DNA of 62,758 bases, counting the filler, from Asterionella formosa (taxonomy: Eukaryota), in NCBI GenBank assembly GCA_002256025.1. It is 12 parts of 12 records of this genome, joined end to end, with 100 filler letters (N's around TTAATTAATTAA, not from the genome) between each part and the next. Parts side by side here need not be neighbours in the genome. Positions count along the whole stretch, not along the records: positions 31,456 to 36,595 come from NKIB01013205.1; positions 36,696 to 41,833 come from NKIB01013206.1; positions 41,934 to 47,070 come from NKIB01013207.1; positions 47,171 to 52,304 come from NKIB01013208.1; 8 more parts are not named here. One strand, 5' to 3'. Positions 35,458-47,820 of this stretch are shown piece after piece; within the stretch, counting starts at the first letter, position 1; each line of letters opens with the position of its first letter. Under the pieces are notes generated by a model, which worked only from the letters and a program-made list of their open reading frames with translations, was not told where the DNA came from and searched no databases. The position numbers and the translations under genes are program-made.

Positions 35458-36327
35458 ATGCACTTTTCCACAGTCTCCCTCACTACCTTCTTACTTCTTG
35501 GTCCCACAGCATCTGCCTTTGCTCTTCGTACTGCTACGACTACTAGTGTCACCCGCACGACGTCATCCCTACATGCGGCCTCACTTGACACCCGTCCTGT
35601 CTATGATCCCTTTGGTTTATACCCAGAATCATCAGAAGAACGCGTCAATGGTAGGCTTTTAGTTTTGGAAGATCCCAATATTGAAGTAACGAACCGACTC
35701 GTTTTGGATCCATTGAACATTTATTCACCAGAAAATGATGATGATTTGATGGTCGATGCCAACATTGACATGTCTGCATCTCTGCCTTTTTTGCCTAGAC
35801 CACAGCTTTCCTTTGACGGTACTTCAACTCTGGCAGGTGATGTTGGCTTTGATCCATTCAATTTGGCGGGTGGTACCAAGGAACAATTGTTTATGATGAG
35901 AACTGCCGAGGTGAAGCATGCTCGATTGGCCATGCTCGCGGCTGTGGGGTGGCCAGTATCGGAAGTCGTGCACACGCAACTGGCACATGCTCTTCGTCTT
36001 ACATCATTGTTGGGTCATGGGGATAAGGTTCCGTCGCTGTTAAATGGTGGCCTTGACACGACGTCACCTCTGTTTTGGATGGGAGTGTTGGCAGTTGCAG
36101 GCACTATTGAAGGATTGGCATCCATTGGAGCCAAACAAGCCAGTTTTCCTGGTGATTTAGGATTTGATCCACTGGGTCTATATCCCGAGGATGTAGCTGG
36201 ACAAGAAAGAATGCAACTAGCAGAAATTAAAAATGGGCGATTGGCGATGATGGCAATTACTGGTTTTGCTGTGCAAGAGTTGTTTACCAACATGGCCGTC
36301 ATTCATAATTTGCCATTTCTAAACTGA
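35458..36327 (+). CDS. Light-harvesting complex (fucoxanthin-chlorophyll a/c binding) family protein, probably Lhcz-like, plastid targeted, 289 aa
   Basis: Signal peptide ending TASA|FAL (ASAFAP-type); LAGDVGFDP; MRTAEVKHARLAMLA; PGDLGFDPLG; MQLAEIKNGRLAMMA. Confidence 0.92.
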   Translation: MHFSTVSLTTFLLLGPTASAFALRTATTTSVTRTTSSLHAASLDTRPVYDPFGLYPESSEERVNGRLLVLEDPNIEVTNRLVLDPLNIYSPENDDDLMVDANIDMSASLPFLPRPQLSFDGTSTLAGDVGFDPFNLAGGTKEQLFMMRTAEVKHARLAMLAAVGWPVSEVVHTQLAHALRLTSLLGHGDKVPSLLNGGLDTTSPLFWMGVLAVAGTIEGLASIGAKQASFPGDLGFDPLGLYPEDVAGQERMQLAEIKNGRLAMMAITGFAVQELFTNMAVIHNLPFLN

Positions 36328-36695
36328 TTCCGAACCACTCAAAAGGAAATGTCTGCCTGATCGAGAATCAACTTCGAATTAATAATAGTATGTGAATATA
36401 TATTTTCTAGATGAAACAAAGAGTTGTTCATGTATGGAGCATTGGTAGAACAAATTCCCCGACTAAATTGTTGAAATGGTCCGTACTCCTTCCCGCGGGT
36501 TGGGTCTCTCTTCACGTAGACTCTTACGTGATCGTAGTACTACCTAGTACCACTCACTTTCTCTCTTGTCTCTGCTTCTAGCCTTCCTGCTAGATNNNNN
36601 NNNNNNNNNNNNNNNNNNNNNNNNNNNNNNNNNNNNNNNTTAATTAATTAANNNNNNNNNNNNNNNNNNNNNNNNNNNNNNNNNNNNNNNNNNNN

Positions 36696-37204
36696 CAGTT
36701 CCGCTGCGTTCTCGCCTGCAGCTTGACAAGCGCGCGAGTCACATTTAACGAATGGAACTTGCCAATTGTATCCTTGGTTTTCCAATCCCGTGATAGCCCA
36801 TGGGTTAGAATTATATGGGTTTGCCTGGGCGAAGCATTGACGTTTAGCTTGAATGGCAGTCACGTAATCGTTGAAACTGTATGTGATGATGGCGTCTTCA
36901 TTTGGAGGGAAGCTTGGAGGAACAACTTCAGGGGAAAAACTTGGATTGTCTTGCAAGCTGACCTTGACAGCGACCATTACAAGAATAAAGATAATGGGAG
37001 AGATAATCTCAGCAATCTTAAGTACGTGGATAGAAAATTGCACATTTGGGATGAGTGTGTGAGTGAACGGTCAGGCAAATGCTGGGATTTGTTGAATGCC
37101 AAGCGGTGGACCTTGCAACGTAGACTTACTGAGCCGATGATGTTCCGCTTCCTATAGATGAAGTTGCGCCTCAAGAGGGCACCAAAGGATCTGGCTCTAA
37201 TCAT
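36696..37204 (-). CDS. ABC transporter subfamily A, N-terminus (exons 37204-37130 and 37016-36696); 3'-partial
   Basis: ALLRRNFIYRKRN..|IAEIISPIIFILVMV matches the ABCA N-terminal motif plus TM1; GT-AG intron at 37129-37017. Confidence 0.8.
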
Positions 37205-37819
37205 AGAATGATAAATTCAGGTGATGAAGCTGATAGAAAGACAGAAAGAAAGAGGAGAATGCTTTATGTTTTGTTGATTTATATGTCCTGTTGTTTGTGT
37301 TTTGTGTTCTCAAGATATCCTCAGCATTTTGTAGGAGACGCTGTACACGAGGACGGGAATCAAAACGCAATGATTTATCCATACCGGCATTTGTACCCAA
37401 TTCCTTTTAACGGCCCATATAATACAGCTGTGCATGGTTTGACGGTTCTACGAGTACCTGGATATCAATGTAAATATGCATGCAGTATTAACAGTTGTTC
37501 GTGCTTATCTTAGTTTTGTTATTATCTGCTTCTATCATGTAGGAGTAAATCGTACCGAAATTTTGGAACAATGATGAACACTTTTTTAAATGGATTGATA
37601 GGAACAGTGACGAACACAATAAAATACATACGTCACTCATCGGCAGCTCTTCGGCAGCTCTAAATGATATCGGTACGCCGTACGTATCATAACATATGCA
37701 TGTCAATCAACAGGCCAACACGAACAAGGCAGACGAGCGAGGATGCAAGAAGATTCAGCCACTAAATAAGAATACCGGTACTATGTGGAATAAAAAGACG
37801 GGGTACCGGTATATGCACT

Positions 37820-37920
37820 GGCAATCCCCACCCTAGTTATCGTCGTGCTTTACGATGAGAACTGTGGGTGTCTAAGTAATTTTTGGTTTCTTTAAGTAAT
37901 TTTCATTTAGGGGCAATATC
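37820..37920 (+). mobile_element. Terminus of the putative DNA-transposon family, copy 2
   Basis: GGCAATCCCCACCCTAGTTATCGTC..TCTAAGTAATTTTT..TAAGTAATTT..GGGCAATAT is homologous to the reverse complement of 30935-31022. Confidence 0.55.
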
Positions 37921-39636
37921 TGGCTGGATGGAATGTTTGGGGCCACTGAGTTGACCCTGTAGGCCTGGTATTAGCATAAACCCTAAACCTACTGTATGGT
38001 ATATAATATTTTCCGCCTTGATTGGCATCTTCCAATCACATCCACCATTGTTGTCATCATTCTGTTGCTTTACTCAACAATAGAACATCCTCCCACACCG
38101 CTTCAAATACCTTATTTCTTCCATGACTAGTGCTACTAGTAAAAACAGTAGGCGGCATGCTGGGATGACACAATTTGGTTTACATATGAACTATTTTGTG
38201 TTGGGCACTCAGATCCATGCCTACATGACCAATCATGGTTTCATATGGAAAAGCTCTTGAGCTTGATAGTGGGCAAGCTGGAGCTGAAACTGTAGAAAAT
38301 GTCTGAAATAAGGTCATATAGTAGTTACAATGAAGATACAACAAAAATTTCACACCTATCGCTGTGCACTGGACTTCGATTTCATGTTCATCACCATGGC
38401 TGGTGAACACAACAACAACAAGATCATGGATGCAGAATGTAACAAACTGGTTCAACCAGTGGACAGCGATTTCTTTGCATCATCAGAAAAGGAGGAGTAG
38501 TAGCAAGACGAAGTGCTTTCTTCAAAGGTCTAAAGCTAAATAAATTTGTACTATAATCAGTATGATTGACCATCATGGCGGGGGGAACAACAAGCAAGTC
38601 AAGCATGACAGCAACAATCAACAAGCACATACCTGTCCTCTCTTGCTTGAGAAATACGAGTTGATGTAGACCGCTGGTTCTCATCATGTTCTGTCTAGTT
38701 TGCTGAGTTTGTGAGAGCGCATTGGGATTGACGACTTTTCGTTGTCATTGCAGATGATAACATAAAATTAGCAAAAGTCATATTGTGATAAGAAAACAAC
38801 GATGAAACACTACTATTGTAGAGCAGCAGGATACAAGGAAACACATGATCACTAAAACTTGCTGCTGAGATCTGAATTGAGATATTGTAGGACGTGTAGA
38901 AATAATAGCAAAGGAATATAATTTTATTAAATGGCTGATCATATCTGACGAAAATACTGAAGTATTGGTGCCACCGCGAAGAAGCAAGAACGATGTGACG
39001 ACATGGATCCCACAAGAAGTCGAATCATCAAACAACCAGCCACATCCATTTAATGATGAATCGCTAATTGAATCATCAATGAACACATTTTAAATGAATC
39101 TGAACACGCTGGAAGGCAAGAAAAATGTATATAGTGGAATTGCAATCGACAACACCTTGCAGAAGACAATCATTTCGTGCTTGTTCATGTAGTTCATCCT
39201 ACTCTCTTCCAATTTTGCCAGTACATTTTCCTTAAGTTAACGGTAGTCTATTGGCCTTGAGAGGCTCTAGATATCAGCAATCAATTTCCTTTAAATAAAC
39301 GGCAGTCCACCATTGCGGCAGGCAAATGTAGGGACTATTGATAATATTGAAAGTAGTTTGGCGGTCCAAAAACGGAGCGTATGAAAAAAACAAGTATTTT
39401 TATATGAAGGGCAATTGCAGGATTGAGTAACCCAAAAACTGATCAAATGAAATAAATAATGTTTGTTGCTATATATGAAGGGCGATTGGCTCGTTCGCAT
39501 CCCACATACAAAATATTTTATAACCCGGCTCTGCAAGAAGCAAGGGCAAGGTCAACCTGCGAGGGCCTCCCAAGGTTCTCGAGTACACAAGATCAGGAGT
39601 AGGCAGTCTCCTCCCTTGACAGTACAGACGGTATAA

Positions 39637-40062
39637 GGGGCGATCTTAACAAAGATACAATTCAATTTTCGTTTTGTATCTTAAATCTCGAGTCTTTAGA
39701 AAGAGCACATTTCACAAATATTTCTCAGTGATTGCAAAACATTTTCGTTTTTCTCGTGTCTCTGCAAACATTTGCATCAGACTCAGCTAAGTAATATGAA
39801 TGTGTGCTTCAATTTTACAACCTGTCTGATTATCATCATTACTCAAATGACAATGAAAAAAGTCGACTGAAAGAACTTGACAGTTAGACTGACATTGATA
39901 CTGTTGATTCAGAACAGGAAATAGAAGACCAACAGAGTTTTTTCTCGTGGCATCATTTGATGCTCCAGAAAATGAAAGTTACTCTGTCCCAAGGAAACTG
40001 GATGACCAGTGGTGGGTTGCAAGTACCACCACTCCTTCTAAATTTTTCATTGACAGCAAACG
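39637..40062 (+). mobile_element. One end of a diverged relative of the Harbinger-type element at 42937-45387
   Basis: TAA|GGGGCGATCTTAACAAAGATACAA. 39637-39940 aligns with the reverse complement of 45090-45387; 39961-40062 aligns with 43301-43400. Confidence 0.7.
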
Positions 40063-41933
40063 AAGATTGACTTTTCATTTCAGTATCCAAAAATACACCA
40101 GTAGGGCTCTAATTTTAATGACATAAAAAAATATAAGTTTTTTCATGGTGTGTGCATCAAAGCAACATCAACCAATTCATTCTGGCGGCATTAGACAGAA
40201 ACTTTTATCTGTCTTGATTCTTGACAATTTGCCAATGGCTGTCATCGGCCCTGCTTGTTTGTTTCCAAAGATTTATTGGTGAAACAGATAAGTCATTGGA
40301 TTCTCCCTGAGGTTAACGAGTACAACAGGTATATGGAAGAAATACAAGGAAGGCAATTTTAACTCATCACACAAACACAGGTGAGTATTGATGCTGTGAC
40401 CACCATCCACTACGAGAAACGCACCTCCCCTAACAAAACAATCACTCTTGCTACATATACTGAAGTTTATCTATTTGTTGATTCCTTCATAATTCCTGAT
40501 GGCTTTAAGGTCAAGGTTTTGCGAAAAATTTGCGTCAGATACAAAGCTTGCTTGTAGATGCAAATATGCGAAGAAGGCTTTCACTGTCGGTTTGATAGTT
40601 TGATTTTGAGGAGAGACAGCTTGTCACAGAGACTTTACGCATAAATTTTCAATGTACATGAATTAGACAATTTCTGGGAAAGCGATTATAACAATGAAGA
40701 TGATGATTAAATTAATGAGGAAAACAAAATCAAAGAAGATTGTCACAAGAATGAAGTAAATGGTGTCTATGATGCACATGAGGGAGTGTATCCCCGGCCC
40801 TTTCTCTTCATTCCATTGACCACCATCACCATGTCCTCTGTTGGGCTGATACTAGTCTAGTAGGTAGGGTTCTTTTTGAGCATCTAGGGATAAATATGCC
40901 AGGAAGTACTATGCGGTTGTTTTTATTAGCAATTGAGCAATTTTAAAGCGCTATATAAGTGAAATTTACTATAAAGTACTAGCAATCAGCATTCAATCAT
41001 GAGGCTAGTAAATCTGGCATTCAGAGTGCCGAAGGGAGACCAAAACAAGGGCAATAAATGGATAGCATGGAGGTTGAGGTATTGGCCACAATAAATGTGC
41101 AGAAGTCAAGTAAAACCAAAAACATCGCTAAGCAGAGAATAAGGATCTAAACAAGAGGATAAAAAATTATCAACCTTGACAAGACTGGAGGATTTCAAGT
41201 GGATCACATTGAGCAAGAGGAGAAACAGACAAGATGAAAAAAGCAAACAGAAACAGAATCACCAGAAAAATCTATGGAATGGAGAACCTCTCCAACAGGG
41301 ACAGTAGTAGGCAAAATTGTCCCTCCCCAATCATTGCAGGACTCAGATTCTGAATCCAACACATCAAATCATCACATTGCAGCAATGGGAAGAAGTGTGA
41401 GATCAAATAGCACACAACACAAAAGGACATCAGGATCCAATTCCGATAGGGAGTGCTACTGAAACAATCCTCAATCTAGTAAAAGGAAAGGTAACAGGAA
41501 ACCCTAAAACAAAATAAAACCTAATGAATTAAAATGATAAGGTCTGATCAGAACAACGGTGTTCATAAGATTACTACTTTGTTAATTTCTATTCTTCGTC
41601 TTCATCCATATCTTGCTCGACTTCTTCTTCCTCTTTCAAAATCATGGTCTTGCCAAACAAAGCCTGCCTAGCTTTGGATTCATCAAATGACAGAATTGCT
41701 TGTTGGGGAGCTGGCAATAAACTCAAAATGATACCAGGAGGGTTAGCAGCAGCATAAAATGCTTGCTTCAACCAAATTTTGACTGGGCGAGCTTGTAAGA
41801 AAAATGTCAGTGGGGCACCCAATAGCAGCAAGTNNNNNNNNNNNNNNNNNNNNNNNNNNNNNNNNNNNNNNNNNNNNTTAATTAATTAANNNNNNNNNNN
41901 NNNNNNNNNNNNNNNNNNNNNNNNNNNNNNNNN

Positions 41934-42119
41934 AATTTTATACATGAGAAGACTGAAGATGGATACTATGTTGCTGTGGTCTATGTACAAACATGTGAAA
42001 ATCCTAGTGACCTGCTTTCAAAGAATGTAACTCAGAAGGTGCATGAATTGCATGCATATAATATTTGCAATGGGACAATGGATTATTGGAACTGGAACAG
42101 GGAGGATGTCAAGATTTAG
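41934..42119 (+). mobile_element. Ty1/copia RNase H C-terminus, PPT and 3' LTR start
   Basis: FIHEK..ENPSDLLSKNVTQKVHELHA.NI.NGTMD is paralogous to 16570-16752; PPT AACAGGGAGGA is followed by TGTCAAG at 42107. Confidence 0.8.
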
Positions 42120-43592
42120 TACTGCATGCATATTAGTTCAGTCGAACTAATCAATCTTGAATAATGTTCCAACCAAAATCAAATATTGAAATGCTTTGAG
42201 AATTTGAACAGCATTGATAGCCAAGAGCTATATCAGCAAACCAAGGTAAATATTCGAATGGAGAATGTTCTAAGTAATCAATATTTCAATGAAGGAAAGG
42301 TATATATGAAATGTAGATAGCATTGAATATTCATGATTGCTCTGCTAAGTGAGTGGAGTTGAGTTCTTGTCAGTTGAAAATTGAATGTCTAACAACACAA
42401 TGAATATCTATATACAAATTTGGGACGGTAACCGTAATAATTGGTCATGTGAACGATTACAAGATAGATCAAATAAGCTCACAATAAGGTGGGATGAGAA
42501 CAGAAGGTCTTAATACACTGACTTTTGTCTAGAAAAGAGTTAGCGTTGCAGTCAGACTGCAGAAGAATTTAACATCTTCCTCCTCCAATATGGCACTCCG
42601 GGACCTGGTACCCTGCATGTAATGATAACACTTCTATTACTAGCAGCAGCAGTACACAGACTTTTTGAGCGGTACCAACGTACCCACCAGAGTATTGGAG
42701 TACCAAGCTATACTTACAAATAGACGTGTATGTTAAATTATTCAAGCTTGACGTTGAATTCGTTGCAATGGTTAGTGGTCACGATTCCACTCACTGTTCT
42801 TATAACTTTGATTTTTTCACTTTGCTTGTCAATGAGTAGTTGCTGCTAGAATGCATTCGTCTTAAAAGGGCACTTGCCTTTCTATCACATTGCCTACGAG
42901 ACACACAGTATCATATCTGAAAAACACTTTATGTTAGGGCCAATCTTAACAGAGATGAAAAAAATCAACAAAGTGTTGCTTGGCCAAAATTTTTTCGCAT
43001 CTCACATATCTGGGGGATATGTTGCTTCCAGGAGCACATTTTTCGTTGTTCCGAAATGTCTATCTGTGTGCATCACTGCAGATACAGAATTAAGCAACAC
43101 TAATTTTATATATTTAAGCAATGTATGCCATGAAATTAAATTAATCAACAAAGACACCATTTTTATCTATAACAGCAACAACAGAATCGAATTTTGGGAG
43201 GAGGGATTCTCAGCAGCAAGTATTAGTATCACTAGCTACTCCTGGAATAATGCTTAACATCACTTGTAAAGAACAACTTGCGCAATAGCATGATTTGAAT
43301 CTTCAGACAATGAAACTTACCGGTACTCTGCAGCAAGGAAATAGGATGACCAGTGGGTTGCAAGCATCACTCCTGCTGATTTTTTCATTGACAATGAAGG
43401 GTCATTGATGACGATAAAAGACATGCTCATTCAACAGATATCGCTACAATGACTTCCGTTGTATTTGCGTTCACTTTAAAATCACCGGATAAAGAAACAA
43501 AACAAAGATGATAATGATTACACTCATTAAGAATTAAAGACTCTTGATCTTTGAGACGTCATGGGGTACAACAAAAAGTCATGAAAAGAACC

Positions 43593-43730
43593 AAAGAAGT
43601 ATCTGAAAAGAAACGGCGCTTCCTTTACTCCTGAATCATCAACAAGGTTGTCTCGTCGCCTAAAGAAGTATCTGAAAAGAAAAGGCTCTCCCTTTACTTC
43701 TGAATCATCAACAAGGAAGTCTCCTCTCCT
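43593..43730 (+). repeat. 69-bp tandem duplication inside the Harbinger element
   Basis: AAAGAAGTATCTGAAAAGAAA..CCTTTACT.CTGAATCATCAACAAGG at 43593 and 43662. Confidence 0.85.
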
Positions 43731-43952
43731 AATACTATCATAGCATCTTTCTACTTCTATCAGAGAAGATATTGCCAATGACTCAAGTACAGATTCCGAG
43801 ATATCTCCTTCCCAATTGTCTGCATTTACATCTCCAGTTCCTGCTGATATTTTATTGGATGACGATTGTGAAAAATCCCACCAGATTATTAAGAAACAGA
43901 AACGACCTCCCAAGAATCAGAGGAAAAGAAATGCTGCAACTGCTCCCAAATT

Positions 43953-44499
43953 CATGGCTGCTGTACAGCAATTGTGGCGGTTATCATTGGATGTACACTA
44001 ACTGATGCAAATGCTGGAGATTCCCAAGCTGTCCTTTGTAGGGCGGGTGGAAAGACGGAAGCATTAATTTTTGACCACAAACCACAGCAAGATCGAGAAA
44101 TTGATAGAATTCACAAGGCTGGTCGATTTGTCAACCAATTTGGGCGTGTGAATGGAAACTTGAACCTTTCTTGATCCATTGATGATCATCTGAAATAGAA
44201 GCAAGTTCCTGGAACTACCCCAGCAAGACAAATGATTACAGCGGAACCCGATATTGTTCACGTGATTTTGCATCCAAATGATCTATTCATTATTTTGGGT
44301 TGTGCTGGTATTTGGTATTGCCTCACTCATGAACAGGCGGTCAAAATACGTGAGAGAGCAAATTGACACCAAGACGCCAGTAGAGATTGGAATTAAGATG
44401 CTAGATGAAATCATTAGTGAAGATCCTCGATCTACCCAGCAAGGTATTGGCGGAGATAACATGATGATTATGGTTATTGATTTGCGACCACAGCAATGA
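43953..44499 (+). pseudogene. Captured 3' half of a protein phosphatase 2C gene (stops and frameshift)
   Basis: CTAIVAVI..ANAGDSQAVLCR..DHKP..RIHKAG..GRVNGNLNLS*SIDD..ITAEPDI..LGCAGIW..GGDNM. Confidence 0.88.
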
Positions 44500-44630
44500 G
44501 CCTACCAGTGAAAACTCTATAATTAAAAGTCTCAGTAAAATAAAAATGTCATTATATTTGTCGAATCATTTCTGACAACGGCTGCATGAAGTAGGTAAGA
44601 ACCCAATAGTATAGGGTTGGGCAACCGTTA

Positions 44631-44916
44631 TTAAAGATTCAAATGCTTGGGGTCACTAGGGAACCAGGCTGCCCCTTTGGAATGTTGGGCAGCCCTAAAA
44701 ATAGCATAACGACACGCTTAAGTCCAATACCTCCGCCACCATGGGGAAGAGCACCATTACGGAATGAGTTCACATAATCCTGAATCGTCAATTACATCGA
44801 TTCCCCATGCTTTGGCCTGCACTTCCATCAAGTCTGGGTCATGAACACGCTGAGCCCCCGACAAAATTTCTTGTCCACAAGTGATGTGATGGAAGGTCGA
44901 AGGAGTTCCAGTAGTT
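44631..44916 (-). pseudogene. Captured 3' end of cytosolic aspartyl-tRNA synthetase (frameshifted)
   Basis: Manual translation: NSFD..GQEILSGAQRVHDPDL..GID/..[32 protein letters not shown]/..FPSDPK (class II motif 3). Not in the ORF track. Confidence 0.88.
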
Positions 44917-45481
44917 GATTGAAAGCTTCAAGAGACATGTGATATTCACGATGAAATCTATTCTCATGAAGAAGCTTTGTGACATGTTCATTTCAGTCAA
45001 TTCGTTGATGCTCCCATTTTGGAATTCACACTGGCTTCGACTTTTGTTCATAGGACTCCAAAAATGATAATGTAACTGCTGCAATTAACAAAAAGCTCTG
45101 TTGTTCTGCTTCTTTATCAAGATTGTCAATGACATCCCAACTGTCAGGTTCATCTGGTCGATTTGTTGTTGTCGTTACAGCAATGATAATGGTCAGACAC
45201 GTTGAATAATTGAAGCTCACATTGCAAAATTTTTGTTGAGTCTGATGCACATGTTTGCAGAGACATAAAAAAAACAGCGAACTGTTTTACCATTACAGAG
45301 ATATATTTGTGAAATGTATCTTTGTTAAGATTCATTTTTTCTGAAGATACAACAAAAAATAATTTGTATCTCAGTTAAGATTGGCCCTTAATCTATTAAT
45401 TTGATCTTACATACAATATCAAAATGAAAAAAATGAAGCACATGTTTACCAACCCCTTTTCCTAGCGATTCCCGCATGCCT

Positions 45482-46099
45482 CTATTCATCAGTATTACCT
45501 TCCGCCAACGTCTCTCTCTCTGTCTTACGTTTTTTGCGTTTAGGAGAAACTTCTGAAGATTGAATGGCGTAGGAAGATTCATTGAAGTTGGAATGCGGCA
45601 CACTGAATCGCCGCGGCAGTGCCGAAATCATCCCATTTTTGTGAGCCCGAGCTAGCTCCTCGGTATGCTGAAGCCCCTGCACTACCATGGAAGGAAATAA
45701 CATGCTAGCTACCGCTGAATTGCGTCGTTGATAGCGTTGTCGAGGCGGCGGAGCGCTGTCCGATTGCAATGAACCCGTTGCAACTTGTATTCCAGAGAGC
45801 ATGCAAGCTGCTGCTGAATTTCTTCGTGGACACGACGGTTTCCGCTGCTCTTCCGACTGCAGACATAAAATAGAGTTCATGCCTTCGATCGCCATGGTGT
45901 CGTCCATGTCTTGGTTTGGCTTGCACACCGACTTGTCATTTTTACTCATTCTATGACTGATGTCATCTGTGGTTGAGTCGCTTTCCGCCATCCCTTGCAA
46001 TGTGAAGCCTGTGTAGCAATCGGTTGTTGTCATTGTGCGTTCCAACGAGATCCGGTGAATGTTGTCTTGCTTGTCAATCGAACTGTTCGGTTCAACCAT
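45482..46099 (-). CDS. Hypothetical protein with repeated RRxS motifs, 205 aa
   Basis: ATG-initiated ORF; RRNSAAACML, YQRRNSAVASML, RRFS; basic C-terminal KRKKRK. Confidence 0.65.
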   Translation of the reverse strand: MVEPNSSIDKQDNIHRISLERTMTTTDCYTGFTLQGMAESDSTTDDISHRMSKNDKSVCKPNQDMDDTMAIEGMNSILCLQSEEQRKPSCPRRNSAAACMLSGIQVATGSLQSDSAPPPRQRYQRRNSAVASMLFPSMVVQGLQHTEELARAHKNGMISALPRRFSVPHSNFNESSYAIQSSEVSPKRKKRKTERETLAEGNTDE

Positions 46100-47170
46100 G
46101 AAGACCTACGGTATCATTGAATTTTGTTAGGCAGGTTCGTAAGAGGTTTTCGCTGTTGCTTTCTTGTTTTTTTTAACTCGGCATATGTCATGTTGTAAAA
46201 CAACCAACGACGTTTGCTGTATACAGCGATATTGCACGTACGAACTGCCAAAAAGTTGGCTGGTTCAAGATTTGTCTATTCTTCCTCGTCAGAATTGAGT
46301 GATTCTACCGTGTAACGTACTTTAATTGGCTAACGTCCACGTGGTACTGTTGTTACTGGTAACTCCGAATATTGTATTGACTATCATCGGGTATACCGGT
46401 ACCAGGTACCAGGTACCTGTTACCAGGTACTTTACCCCGGCGGTTATAACATTCTTCGGATTGGAGGTCATTTGTCTTCTTCTACCGGTAACAAGTAAAC
46501 CCCAGGTACGGTACCAGGTGCTCCAAATCTAATGATTCTCTACATACCACACTCACCAACGAACGCCCCTGCCGCTAGACATTTCTGACAACACTCCTAT
46601 GTGAGCTGCACCTTGAGAATTGACTTTCTTTTACGTCATAGTCGCTATACCTCTCGAAAAAGCATGACTTTTCGTGAGCGTGCAGGAGGATATGCAATCA
46701 GTTGGACATTTATCGGTTAAGGCTATTTATGTACATCGCTCATGGCAACGGTAGTTTTACTTGCTACCAGTAGGGTATATATTGTTAGATTCCGGCAAAG
46801 TGCCGGCACTCGCCATTTACGGCACCTGGTACTCCGTACATATTCCTTTCCTTTGGAAAATTCTGTATGAGGTGCCAGCCGTACCGGTATTCCATTCGGG
46901 TCATTTGTCCACTTTGTAGGATCACCTTAAATGTTGGTTTCCTTATGATTACGACCTACATGCACTCACAAGCACGCTGACTTGTTTTACTGGTAAGCAA
47001 AATGTGACAGTAAAAATGTTACATAGGTAAAAAAGCAAGGGGAAGGAAACAATACAAATATTGAGTACCGNNNNNNNNNNNNNNNNNNNNNNNNNNNNNN
47101 NNNNNNNNNNNNNNTTAATTAATTAANNNNNNNNNNNNNNNNNNNNNNNNNNNNNNNNNNNNNNNNNNNN

Positions 47171-47590
47171 TCGTACCCTGAGTTGAACATCAGTATGCAG
47201 TTCCTGAAGCATTGAGTTTCGAATTGCCAACAGATTTCCAAGGTTCTCATTGTTTAGCACCTTTTGGTTAGAGAATTCTTTATCTTTTGTTGCTTCCATG
47301 TCTTGCTCATTTCCCAACAGCTCCAATTGCTTTCTGTAGAGCTCTTCTCGTTTCATCGAGGCGGCTAACTGAGTTTGTAGATCGTACCCATGTTCTCGAT
47401 GGTAAGCATTTTCTGCTTGGAGCTTCTTTACCTTCGCCATATACTCGCTTAGTGAACATCTGTTAGACACTCGGAGCTGGTCAAGCTCATCTATGAGGGC
47501 TTCTTCCTGCTCGGTTCCTTCAGAGAGACGCAATTGGCTTGTTTGTTTATTCATCTGAAGTTGAAAAATGTCGCGAAATAAAAGTTCCAA
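47171..47590 (-). CDS. Coiled-coil protein fragment; 3'-partial
   Basis: Heptad-rich ORF running into the spacer; true start uncertain. Confidence 0.45.
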
Positions 47591-47820
47591 CTACCTGAAA
47601 CTTCTCGTACCGTCGTGGTCTGTCGCCAGTAAAAGCAATTAAGACTATCATACAGCTGATGCGCTAGACTAGGTCCAGGGCACTCGGAGTACCTGGTAAC
47701 CTGGTACTACTCTGGTCGTAATCTCAAAAAATGAACTACCGGTACATTAATTACTACAAAAGTCCGTGACAATTTGTTCTCGCGTAGCCTTCTCAAATGA
47801 CCTCTCTTTAAATGTCATTT

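Larger units (their letters stand above)
42937..45387. mobile_element. Non-autonomous PIF/Harbinger-type DNA transposon carrying captured host gene fragments (2451 bp)
   Basis: TIRs GGGCCAATCTTAAC(A/T)GAGAT (19/20 match); TTA on both sides (42934-42936, 45388-45390); no transposase ORF. Confidence 0.85.

Noticed and set aside
43593..43730. CRISPR-like repeat-spacer array (also considered 46394-46520)
   Set aside because: Only two tandem units or simple palindromic motifs, no unique spacers and no cas genes; eukaryotic context.
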